From positions 213,822-277,821 of the forward strand of contig CAWBLV010000001.1 of the NCBI GenBank assembly GCA_963789735.1: 64,000 nt of DNA. The letters run 5' to 3'. A program made the position numbers and the translations under genes. Positions 28,052 through 36,865 of the stretch are shown here, one piece after another. This DNA comes from Candidatus Dormiibacterota bacterium (lineage in GTDB: Bacteria > Chloroflexota > Dormibacteria > Aeolococcales > Aeolococcaceae). How positions within the stretch are numbered: position 1 is the stretch's first letter; every line of letters begins with the position of its first letter. The notes beneath the pieces were generated by a model. It did no database searches. It saw only the letters and a list, made by a program, of their open reading frames with translations, and was not told the DNA's origin.

Positions 28052-28864
28052 TCAGCCCGACGGGAGGGGCTGGTACGCGTTCAGCGGGATGATCGGCTCG
28101 GCCGCACCAGCGACCACGGCGCTGGAGCACTGGGTCAGCTTGATCTCCTGCTCGCCCGGCGCCCCGACCAGGTCCGTGAGCGCCGGACAGGTGTATGAGG
28201 CGGTGTTCAGGGTTGGATCCGAAGGCGGTCCGTACGTCACCGAGTCCGTGAAGTAGCAACTCGAGTCGCTGTTCGCGAAGACGCGATAGCGATGCGTGGC
28301 GAGCTCATCCACACCGGTGTCATGGACCGTGAGCGTGCTTGGCTGGCAGGTCTGTGCGTCGGTGACCCAGCACTGAGCGGCCAGCGAGGAGCCCTCCGAG
28401 GTTGCGCCACCTGCGCCAACGTTCGCGACGCCACATGACGGCACGGGTGCGACGGCCGATACGACGGCGGAAGCGCCGGTTGCGACCCCGAGAGTAGCGA
28501 GGATGACCAGGATGTTGCGGACCACGTTCCGGAATGCGCCCCGGCCTCGGGTCAGCACCAACACGCTGCAGATCAGCGTGTCTCCGCCAATCAGAACCGC
28601 AAAGGCGATCTCGGCGGCATCCGCGAAGCCGGTCACTGCCGAGATCACGATTGCCGCGAGCAGCCCCGCGATCTCGCCGATGACGTACCAGCGATTCACG
28701 AATCGGTGGCCTGCTATCAGCGCGAATGGGGCGAGAAAGGCCACCAGCAGGAGCGACGCCGTCAGCGCGAAGCCGAGCCCGGCCCAGAAGCCCAGCGCGA
28801 ACCAGGCGAGCAGGAGCCCACCCCACAGAATCACGTACTGGACGCGACCGCGCACTGCACTCAC
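28052..28864 (-). CDS. hypothetical polytopic membrane protein with Cys-rich extracytoplasmic domain
   Basis: 270-aa ORF; about 5 TM helices, then a domain with 8 Cys. Confidence 0.55.
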   Translation of the reverse strand: MSAVRGRVQYVILWGGLLLAWFALGFWAGLGFALTASLLLVAFLAPFALIAGHRFVNRWYVIGEIAGLLAAIVISAVTGFADAAEIAFAVLIGGDTLICSVLVLTRGRGAFRNVVRNILVILATLGVATGASAVVSAVAPVPSCGVANVGAGGATSEGSSLAAQCWVTDAQTCQPSTLTVHDTGVDELATHRYRVFANSDSSCYFTDSVTYGPPSDPTLNTASYTCPALTDLVGAPGEQEIKLTQCSSAVVAGAAEPIIPLNAYQPLPSG

Positions 28865-28875
28865 AGTGCGCGAGT

Positions 28876-30042
28876 TTATTGCTGCGGCCCGGCAGCCAGA
28901 ACGACCGTGGCCTGGTGCCGGTCACCGTGGGGATCGAGCCACACGAGCGACACCGACTGCCCGTCGTGATCGCCTTGCAGGAGGAGCCCGAGTGACGCCT
29001 GCGACGTGACCGCATTGCCACCGAGCTCGACGATCACATCCCCGGCCATGAGCCCTGCTGCGGCAGCGGGGCTCCCACTGACAACGCCCGTGGCGGCTCC
29101 GCAGCCGACGGCCACGAGAGCGCCGGCCTGCGCGATGTCGTCCTGCGCGCAGACGCCCAGGAACGCACCGCTCGGCGGTGCCGCGGGATGCGTCAGGAGC
29201 TGGTGGGCGTAATTGAGCGCCGTATTGATGGGGATTGCGAACGACTCGACCGCTCCCGGTTGCGGTCCATGGCGGCCACCGCTCGCCGCGGTGTCCATGC
29301 CGACCACCTGGCCATTGCTGTTGATGAGCGGGCCGCCCGAATCACCCGGCTGGATGGGCGCGTTGGTCTGGATCATCCCGTTCAGCGTCTCCGTGCTGTT
29401 GCCGGTCTCGTCCGAGGCGGTGATCGTCTGCCCGAGCGCGGTCACCTGGCCGGTTGCCACCGCCGGCGATCCGCCCCGCCCTTCCGCGTTGCCGAGCGCC
29501 GTGACGCTGTCGCCAATCTGCACGTCCGAGGAGTTGCCGATCGGCGCCGTTGCCAGGCCGCTCGCTCCTTCCATCTGCAGGACCGCCACGTCGTGGATGG
29601 AATCGCCGCCGATCTCGGTGGCGGTGTACGTGTGGCCGGTCGATGTGACCCGGATGCTGATCCCCTGCTGACCGTCGACCACGTGGTAGTTGGTGAGCAC
29701 CTCGCCGGATGCCGTGAGCACGATGCCCGTGCCTGCGGCGGCGGCGCCGTCACTGAGCGTCGTGTCGATGTCAACCACCGCCGCCTGCACGCCGGCCGTG
29801 CTCCCCGAGCCACCGAGACCGCGGGTGGCGATCACCGCCGTTGCAGCCGCGCTCGCCGCGAAGACAAAGATCACGATGGCCACACCCACCATCAGCAGCC
29901 GGGACGTGCGTCTCGGCGGCGGCGGCGGCTCGTACGTGTAGAACGTCTGCGGCCACCATCCGGGCGCCGGCGGGGGCGCGGACGTCCAACCCGCTACCCC
30001 TGGCCACGCCGGCGGTCCGGCGGGGACCTCCTCCTCGCTCAT
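28876..30042 (-). CDS. HtrA/DegP-type trypsin-like serine protease with PDZ domain
   Basis: ATG 30042; Pro-rich N-terminus and TM anchor; TNYHVV, DVAVLQ and GDSGGPL triad; C-terminal PDZ (GSPAAAAGLMAGDVIVELGG). Confidence 0.85.
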   Translation of the reverse strand: MSEEEVPAGPPAWPGVAGWTSAPPPAPGWWPQTFYTYEPPPPPRRTSRLLMVGVAIVIFVFAASAAATAVIATRGLGGSGSTAGVQAAVVDIDTTLSDGAAAAGTGIVLTASGEVLTNYHVVDGQQGISIRVTSTGHTYTATEIGGDSIHDVAVLQMEGASGLATAPIGNSSDVQIGDSVTALGNAEGRGGSPAVATGQVTALGQTITASDETGNSTETLNGMIQTNAPIQPGDSGGPLINSNGQVVGMDTAASGGRHGPQPGAVESFAIPINTALNYAHQLLTHPAAPPSGAFLGVCAQDDIAQAGALVAVGCGAATGVVSGSPAAAAGLMAGDVIVELGGNAVTSQASLGLLLQGDHDGQSVSLVWLDPHGDRHQATVVLAAGPQQ

Positions 30043-30178
30043 CGTCACCCTATTGTCGCCAGTTCCGGGTTTCAGGTGCATGAGCGAGGGTTCCCCGCGG
30101 GCCGCGCGTCGAGCCGCGCGGCCGCGGGCGTCCCCTGCCGGTGCAGGTGGCCGGACCGGGATCGCCGGTCCGCCCTGG

Positions 30179-30496
30179 CTACATGACGTCGAAGGTTTCC
30201 GCAACCTCGACACTCGAGCCGCCGCCGAGGACCGGGCATCCCTTGGCGAGCGCGACCGCTGCGTCAAGGCTGTCTGCCGTGATCAAGCTGTAGCCGGTCG
30301 CGGCGTTTGCGCCACCTCCGTCAGAAACCGACCCGTCGCTCGCGATGGTCTTCGCCTGACCGATGGGATTGCCGCCGTCGGCCAGCGCCGGCCCGAGGTT
30401 CTGGAACCAGGTTCCCCATGCCGCCATCACCGCTGCCTGAGCTTCCTCGCCCTCGGCCATGCCGCCACCGTGGTAGACGAGCAGATATTTCGCCAT
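30179..30496 (-). CDS. YCII-related (DGPF) domain protein
   Basis: ATG 30496, MAKYLLVYHGG...; about 105 aa. Confidence 0.7.
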   Translation of the reverse strand: MAKYLLVYHGGGMAEGEEAQAAVMAAWGTWFQNLGPALADGGNPIGQAKTIASDGSVSDGGGANAATGYSLITADSLDAAVALAKGCPVLGGGSSVEVAETFDVM

Positions 30497-30515
30497 GTCG
30501 TGCCTCCTTGGTCGG

Positions 30516-31754
30516 TCAGTTGTTGTTCGCGCTGATCGCGCGGATGCCGGGTGGTTCAAGACGCGCCTCGAGGAGCGCGCGCTCCGATGGGTTCTCGGTG
30601 AGCTCGATCGCGCGGCGGTCCGCGTCGGCCGCCTCATCGAGCCTGCCGAAGCGACGGAGCAGTTCCGCGCGTGTTGCCCAGTACAGGTGGTAGCCGTCGA
30701 GCTCTGCCCGAAGCGCGTCGAGCTCTTCCATGGCCGGCACCGGACCGGCCACGTGCTCCAGTGCGATCGCCCGGTTGAGCCTGACGACCGGTCCGGGGTT
30801 GATCCGCGTCAGCGCACCGTACAGGGCGAGGATCTGCGCCCAGTCAGTTTCCTCAAACGCCGGTGCTTCCGCGTGACAGGCGGCGATCGCCGCCTGGAGC
30901 CAGTACGAGCCCGGGCGGCCGAGTCGGCGTGCCCGCTCGAGAAGTCCGCCTGCCTCGGCGATTGCCGCGTGGTCCCAGCGCGAGCGGTCCTGGTCCTTGA
31001 GCAGCACGAGCCTCCCGTCCGCATCGAAGCGTGTGGCGCGCCGCGACTCGTGGAGCCGCATCAGTGCGAGAAGCGCCAGGACCTCGGACTCCTCAGGCAG
31101 CATGCGCGCCAGCACTTCGCAGAGCCAGAGCGCGTCGGCGCAGAGGTCGCGGCTCGTCGCGACGTCCGGTCCGCTGCCGAGGTAGCCCTCATTGAAGACG
31201 ATGTACAGCGAGGCGAGCACTTCGGCGAGACGATCGGGAAGTTCTTCGGGCTCCGGGACTCGATATGGGATGCGCGCGCCGACGATCTTTCGTTTCGCGC
31301 GGACGATCCGCTGCGCCATCGTCGCCTCGGAAACGAGAAACGCATGCGCGATCTGGCTCGTCGTCATGCCCATCACGGCACGGAGCGTCAGCGCCACCTG
31401 CGCGTCGCGGGCGAGCGCCGGGTGGCAGCAGATGAAGATGAGGCGGAGGCGATCGTCCGGATCGGAGCGCACGTCAGGAGCCCAGCCGTCCGTCAGCAGT
31501 TGCAGCTTGCCGCGATAGGTCGCGTCGCGTCGCAACCGGTCGATAGCGCGCCTGCGCGCGGTCTGGAGCAACCATGCTGCCGGACGCTCCGGGACACCAT
31601 CAAGCGGCCAGCGCTGCAACGCAGCGACCACCGCGTCCTGCACGAGGTCCTCGGCAAGGTCGAAGTCGCCGGTGATCCGAACCAGCGAGCCGCAGATGAG
31701 GCCGACTTCCGCGCGGAAGACCTCGTTCATCGCCTCCGCGGTCGCTCCGTTCAC
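30516..31754 (-). CDS. ECF-type RNA polymerase sigma factor with C-terminal TPR-like extension (COG4941 type)
   Basis: 412-aa ORF; region 2 DLVQDAVVAALQRW; region 4 MTTSQIAHAFLVSEATMAQRIVRAKRKI; long helical C-terminal domain. Confidence 0.85.
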   Translation of the reverse strand: MNGATAEAMNEVFRAEVGLICGSLVRITGDFDLAEDLVQDAVVAALQRWPLDGVPERPAAWLLQTARRRAIDRLRRDATYRGKLQLLTDGWAPDVRSDPDDRLRLIFICCHPALARDAQVALTLRAVMGMTTSQIAHAFLVSEATMAQRIVRAKRKIVGARIPYRVPEPEELPDRLAEVLASLYIVFNEGYLGSGPDVATSRDLCADALWLCEVLARMLPEESEVLALLALMRLHESRRATRFDADGRLVLLKDQDRSRWDHAAIAEAGGLLERARRLGRPGSYWLQAAIAACHAEAPAFEETDWAQILALYGALTRINPGPVVRLNRAIALEHVAGPVPAMEELDALRAELDGYHLYWATRAELLRRFGRLDEAADADRRAIELTENPSERALLEARLEPPGIRAISANNN

Positions 31755-31779
31755 CAGTGCACTCCAAGTCCCGCTGTGC

Positions 31780-32145
31780 TCAGGCGACTGGGTGATGTGG
31801 CATGTCGTCGTGGTTCACCACCGGGCGAATCTCGACGGCCTGGTCTTTCGGCGGCCACTTCTTGGCGATCGCGATCGCCTCGTCGAGGTCGTCGACATCG
31901 ATCGTCACGAACCCGGCGACGTTCTCCTTGCTCTCCATGAAGGGGCCGTCGGTGACAAGCGGCTTGCCTTCCTGAAAGCGGATCGTGGTTGCGGTGTTCG
32001 ACGCCTGCAACTCCTCACCGCCGAGGAGTTTGCCGGCGCCGCCGATCTCTGAGAACCATTCGTCAATCGCCGCGTAGTGCGCGCGCACACTCGCCTCGTC
32101 GAGGACGTTCTCCTCGTTCTTGATGAAGAGCAGCATGTATTTCAC
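31780..32145 (-). CDS. YCII-related (DGPF) domain protein
   Basis: GTG 32145 six nt after AAGGAG; VKYMLLFIK...VTDGPFMESKE (DGPF motif). Confidence 0.75.
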   Translation of the reverse strand: MKYMLLFIKNEENVLDEASVRAHYAAIDEWFSEIGGAGKLLGGEELQASNTATTIRFQEGKPLVTDGPFMESKENVAGFVTIDVDDLDEAIAIAKKWPPKDQAVEIRPVVNHDDMPHHPVA

Positions 32146-32251
32146 GGATGGCTCCTTGGCGGTCTGAATAAGTCGTCCCAATCATGACGACGAACGGCGA
32201 AGCGCCAAATCGACAGCGCCCGGTACCGGTGGCGTGGCAATCTCTCGCCCC

Positions 32252-33136
32252 ATGACCGCCTGGACAGTCCGAGGACGCGCCCAACTCGACGCCGTCGATC
32301 GAACGCGCATCGAAGGGCTGCGGCGGGCGTGCGAGGCGGCCGAGCCCCTTGACCTGAAGATCGAACTCGATGAGAGCGAGCCTCTCGAGCGTCCGATTCA
32401 CTTCCTGGCGGTGAGCGGCGATGAGGTCATTGGGTACGCAGGCGTCACGCACGGCGATGAGGCCGAGACCTGCGGGATGGTGCACCCGGCGTGGCGGCGT
32501 CAGGGCGTCGGAACTACCCTGCTCGGCGCCGTCCGAGGCGCGGCGGCGAGACTCGGGCGCCGGAGCATCCTCGTGATCTGCGAGGACGCCGGACCGACGG
32601 CAATCGAGTGGATGCAGCGTCTGGGTGCAACCCTGGACTCGGCGGAACGCCGCATGATCCTTCCGCTCACCGGTCTATCACTCGTGGCGGCTGACGCACC
32701 GCTGCAGATACGTCCTGCGACCGACGCGGACCGCGACACCGTGGTCGCGATCATCGGCGAGGAGTTCGACGACTATCCGGACGAGCGCCGGCTCGTCGGT
32801 ATCGACGGTGGCGAAGTCGTGGGCACGCTCCGCCTGACCGGAACCGCGCAGCGATCGATGATCTATGGATTCGTCATCGACGAGAGCCGCCGAGGTCAAC
32901 GCATGGGGACGCGCATGCTCGCGCCGGTCATTGACCAGTTGCGCGCAGAGGGTGTTGTCGAGGTGGGGCTCGAAGTCGATCCGGACAACACCCCGGCACT
33001 CCGCCTGTACGAGCGCTACGGGTTCAGCCCGGTGACGACGTACCGCTACATGTGTCTCGCCGTCACGCCACCAGCACTCCGGGGTCCATCTCCGGCTCGG
33101 GCGCCCCATGCAGGAGCTCCGTCACCCGAGGCTTGA
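32252..33136 (+). CDS. tandem-GNAT acetyltransferase
   Basis: ATG 32252; two GNAT cores (WRRQGVGTTLL and RRGQRMGTRML); MshD-like architecture but not assignable. Confidence 0.7.
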   Translation: MTAWTVRGRAQLDAVDRTRIEGLRRACEAAEPLDLKIELDESEPLERPIHFLAVSGDEVIGYAGVTHGDEAETCGMVHPAWRRQGVGTTLLGAVRGAAARLGRRSILVICEDAGPTAIEWMQRLGATLDSAERRMILPLTGLSLVAADAPLQIRPATDADRDTVVAIIGEEFDDYPDERRLVGIDGGEVVGTLRLTGTAQRSMIYGFVIDESRRGQRMGTRMLAPVIDQLRAEGVVEVGLEVDPDNTPALRLYERYGFSPVTTYRYMCLAVTPPALRGPSPARAPHAGAPSPEA

Positions 33137-34274
33137 AGACGAGCTGCGCGATGAGTGTCGGCACCAGCGCCGTCAGCACCACGACGGTGACGAGGATCGA
33201 GTACTGCGCGCGCGTGATGTATCCGTTGGTATAGCCGAACAGCGCTGCAATGGTGCCGAAGGTGAGCCCTGTGGACATCATCATCGTCGTGTACCAGGCT
33301 TCACGCACTCGGATGCGGAAAGGACGAGTCGCCGGAAACACGCCGACCACTTTCGCAGCGATCTTGACGCTGAAAAGCACGACGATCGTGAGGCTTCCCG
33401 CGATCACCGCCGGCAGCGCGATCAGCGTGCCCGCGCGAAGGAAGAAGAACGGCGTGAGAAACGTGAATGCGACGCCGCGCACGCGGCCCACCATCTTCGG
33501 ATCCTTGTGGAAGATTCCGGCAGCGCCGAGTCCCAGCAGGTACGCCGGAAGCACGGCCTCGGACTTCGCCGCGGTCGCGAGTGCACCCAGTCCGAAAAGC
33601 AGCAGGAACACGTACTTCACCTCGGGCTCGCTGATCGGATGGCCGATGTGGCGGATCACAAAGCGCAGCGAGCGAGGCAGAAACACCATGACGATCGCAG
33701 TGGCGATGCCGAACGCGATGAGCATGCTGTTGTAGTTCGCAAACACGGCGCCGAGTGCGAGCACCGTGCCGAGGTCGCACACGAAACACGCGCACAGGAT
33801 CAACTTGCCGAGGTCGGTCTTGTTGAGCCCGGTCTCGAGCATCACCGCATACACGACGGCGACCGACGTGGTCGAGAGCGCGATCCCGGCGATCTCACTG
33901 CCGTGCATCGGCCAGTGCAGCACCACCAGTGCGAATCCCCACGCCGCGAGACAGGGAGCGATGAAGCCGATCCCTCCGATGACGAGGCTCGGTTTCAGGA
34001 ACCGTCGGAACGACTGCGGATCGATCTCCGCGCCCGCGAGAAACGTGAGCAGCACCGACCCGAATCCGGCGAGAAAATCGATCCACTCATTTGACGACAT
34101 GCCGAAGAGATTGCCGCCGAGGACGCCGATGAGAATCTCGACGAGCGCGACTGACAGGCCGAGTCGTACTGAGATGACACTTGCGACAAACGCGAGTGCG
34201 ATCCAGAGCGTGGCGATGCCATACGTGTTGTTGAGTGCGTCGAAGATGCCGATGTGCAACGGGCAACAACTCAC
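33063..34274 (-). CDS. cation:proton antiporter (CPA2 / Na+/H+ exchanger family)
   Basis: 403-aa polytopic ORF; GTG start preceded by GGAGG. Confidence 0.85.
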   Translation of the reverse strand: MSCCPLHIGIFDALNNTYGIATLWIALAFVASVISVRLGLSVALVEILIGVLGGNLFGMSSNEWIDFLAGFGSVLLTFLAGAEIDPQSFRRFLKPSLVIGGIGFIAPCLAAWGFALVVLHWPMHGSEIAGIALSTTSVAVVYAVMLETGLNKTDLGKLILCACFVCDLGTVLALGAVFANYNSMLIAFGIATAIVMVFLPRSLRFVIRHIGHPISEPEVKYVFLLLFGLGALATAAKSEAVLPAYLLGLGAAGIFHKDPKMVGRVRGVAFTFLTPFFFLRAGTLIALPAVIAGSLTIVVLFSVKIAAKVVGVFPATRPFRIRVREAWYTTMMMSTGLTFGTIAALFGYTNGYITRAQYSILVTVVVLTALVPTLIAQLVFKPRVTELLHGAPEPEMDPGVLVA

Positions 34275-34285
34275 GGATCAACCTC

Positions 34286-34305
34286 CTATCAGAAGATTCT
34301 GATAG
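34286..34305. promoter_or_regulatory. perfect 9-bp inverted repeat abutting the antiporter RBS
   Basis: CTATCAGAA-GA-TTCTGATAG; its left edge touches the GGAGG (34282-34286 complement). Confidence 0.35.
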
Positions 34306-34465
34306 GGCCCATCAAGCCAAATGGCTGAGGACGGTGAGACCCATCACCGTTATCGCAATGTTGTGCGACGGCCCAAGAATATCACGGAGCGAGGCTCGGA
34401 ACGATTCGCCCGATGGCGTTTCGTGACAGCAGCACGCGCCGACGGCACCGCCGATGCGCGCCGTC

Positions 34466-35017
34466 TCAGTCGGCGTGGCTCTGCGTGCGGATGAGACGCG
34501 CGAATGTCGGCCCGGGTGGCGCCGGCACGCGATCGGATTCCGCGGCGGGCAACCGGCGGCGCTCCAACTCGAGGCGCATGCTCTCCTCGCCTTTGCGCAT
34601 CGCCCATCGATGATTCGCGCTGAATGCCGGTCGCATCAGCCACGTGAGCCGGCGCAAGAGCGGTTTCTCGGCGCGGATGCGCCAGTCATAGAAGGCTTTG
34701 ACGCCGTCACCGTCAGGGATGAACGTCCACGTTCCCCCGCCGACGAAATCGCCGTCGGCACGTAACGTCAATCCGCCCACGCCGTCATTGCGCAGCGTCG
34801 TGAACCTCCAGCGGAGCGTGTACGGCAGCCACCCTTTCGTCCACAGGTCCACCACGCGACCGACGCCGCTTGTCTCGCCCTCGTCGATCACCCTCACCTC
34901 GAGATACACCGACGGCCACCAGCGCGGGAGATCCTCGGCGTCGCGGAGGACGTCCGCGACCTCCTGCGCGGTGGCTTGCAGCCGCCACCGGCTCACGAAG
35001 TGGTACTCGTTGCTCAC
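34466..35017 (-). CDS. SRPBCC (START/polyketide cyclase-like) family protein
   Basis: 183-aa ORF; WWPSVY...LWTKGWLPYTLRW pattern. Confidence 0.7.
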   Translation of the reverse strand: MSNEYHFVSRWRLQATAQEVADVLRDAEDLPRWWPSVYLEVRVIDEGETSGVGRVVDLWTKGWLPYTLRWRFTTLRNDGVGGLTLRADGDFVGGGTWTFIPDGDGVKAFYDWRIRAEKPLLRRLTWLMRPAFSANHRWAMRKGEESMRLELERRRLPAAESDRVPAPPGPTFARLIRTQSHAD

Positions 35018-35086
35018 GGCTGTCGACGGCCGAGAACAGACCTGCGTGACATCGCCTGCCTCCTCGCTCCCACAACGGAGACGCTG

Positions 35087-36013
35087 TCAGTGCCGGTCGA
35101 TGTGCAGGACTACCTTGCCGGTGACGCGCCGTCCGAGGAGATCCTGGGCGAGCTCTCCGCCCCTGGTCCAGTCGGCCTCCACATCGATATGCGGCGTGAG
35201 AATACCCGCCGCAATGAGCGCGCACAACCTGCTGAGGTCCGCGGAGGCGCTCTGCGTGTAGCGCAACTCGATGAACAGGAGCATGGCGCGCACCGTTGCG
35301 CCGACGTGCGCCCCGAACCACCGCGGGCCGAGTGCGGCCGGCTCCAGGAGGGTCGACGCATACGTCACCACCGTTCCATGCGGCGCGACCACGTCGAGGC
35401 ACCGCGTGAGCACCTCACCGCCGACGCCGTCGAGGATGTGCTCGTACGGTCCCTTCGCGTCGTTGATGTCGCGAAGCACCTCGTGACACGCGGCGGCTGC
35501 GGCTTGATTCGCGTCGGGGTTGCGAATCTGCCCGGTGACATGCATCTGCGCGGCGCGGGCGATCTGGATCGCGAGGTGGCCGACACCTCCCGAGCCACCC
35601 GTGATGAGCACGCTCCGGCCCACCGGAAAGCCACCGATCGCGAGGGCTCGGTATGCGGTCATCCCCGCCACCGGCATGCACGCCGCCTGGGCGAGAGTCA
35701 CCCCTTCGGGGATCGCAGCGAGGTAGTCGGCCGGGACGGCAACCAACTCAGCCCACGCTCCGTTGTTGACGAGCCCGACGACCGTGGTGCCGGCAGGAGG
35801 CCCGAGACCGCTCTCAGCAGCACGCTCGACGACGCCGACGACGTCCCATCCAACCTGGTCGCCGGCCTGGGAATTCTTCGCGCGCCACACCTCGCCACGG
35901 TTGAGGCTCGTGGCCTGCACACGCACCAGCGCCTCAGTCGGGGCCGGCCGCGGCTCGGGGACTTCCGTGATCTGCAGGATGTCGCCGTTGCCCGTCGTCG
36001 TGAGCGCGCGCAT
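35087..36013 (-). CDS. zinc-type alcohol dehydrogenase / quinone oxidoreductase (MDR family)
   Basis: ATG 36013; NRGEV ... VLITGGSGGVGHLAIQIA NAD(P)-binding motif. Confidence 0.85.
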   Translation of the reverse strand: MRALTTTGNGDILQITEVPEPRPAPTEALVRVQATSLNRGEVWRAKNSQAGDQVGWDVVGVVERAAESGLGPPAGTTVVGLVNNGAWAELVAVPADYLAAIPEGVTLAQAACMPVAGMTAYRALAIGGFPVGRSVLITGGSGGVGHLAIQIARAAQMHVTGQIRNPDANQAAAAACHEVLRDINDAKGPYEHILDGVGGEVLTRCLDVVAPHGTVVTYASTLLEPAALGPRWFGAHVGATVRAMLLFIELRYTQSASADLSRLCALIAAGILTPHIDVEADWTRGGELAQDLLGRRVTGKVVLHIDRH

Positions 36014-36018
36014 CGTGG

Positions 36019-36720
36019 CTAGACCGCGCAGCTCTCGTCGGCGCAGGTGGTGTCGGGGTCGCCTGCCGTGACCATCTGGAGCGGATGCGAGGCGGTCCAC
36101 GCCTGCTGCATCGCGGCTCGAAGCGTCTCGGGGGCCTGCGCACCGGAGACTCCGTAGGCGCGATCCAGAACGAAGAACGGAACGCCATTGATACCCAATT
36201 GGCGCGCTTCGAGCTCGTCGTGTCGCACATCGGAGGCGTACGCGTCGCTGTCGAGCACCGCGCGGACAGCGGCCTCGTCGAGACCCTCGTCCACCGCGAG
36301 CCGGAGCAGCACGTCGCGGTCGCCGATCGGCTTTCCTTCGACGAAGTACGCCGCCATCAGCCGTTCCTTGACCGCGGCCTGCTTGCCGACCGAGTTCGCG
36401 TAATGGATGAGGCGATGCGCATCGAACGTGTTGCCCGACTGTGCCTTGTCCAGGTGGAAGTCGAGTCCCACCGTTGCGGCGTTGGCGGTGACCCGCGCCT
36501 GTGCGGCCTCCGCCTGCGCCCGGCTCATGCCGTACTTGGCCGCCAGCCGCTCAACCGGATCACCCTCTGACGTCGTGGGCGCACTCGGGTCGAGCTGGAA
36601 GCTTCGGTAGGTGACCGCGACTTCGTCGCGATGATCGAAGCCGGCCAGCGCCTCCTCGAAGCGGCGCTTGCCGATATAGCACCAGGGACAGACGACGTCA
36701 GACCAGATCTCAACATCCAT
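36019..36720 (-). CDS. DsbA/FrnE-family thiol oxidoreductase
   Basis: MDVEIWSDVVCPWCYIGKRRF CPxC motif; ORF 36019-36738. Confidence 0.85.
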   Translation of the reverse strand: MDVEIWSDVVCPWCYIGKRRFEEALAGFDHRDEVAVTYRSFQLDPSAPTTSEGDPVERLAAKYGMSRAQAEAAQARVTANAATVGLDFHLDKAQSGNTFDAHRLIHYANSVGKQAAVKERLMAAYFVEGKPIGDRDVLLRLAVDEGLDEAAVRAVLDSDAYASDVRHDELEARQLGINGVPFFVLDRAYGVSGAQAPETLRAAMQQAWTASHPLQMVTAGDPDTTCADESCAV

Positions 36721-36865
36721 GACTCGTTTGTACCCCATCAGACGCTCATTACGCGTGTCCCCCAGGGCGGCCCGGCGCTCGGTTCAGAAATCCTGACCGC
36801 GGGTATAGAGATTCCGACAAGCAAGCGCCGCTCGCGCAGGGGCGAACGGCATATCGAGACTGAAA

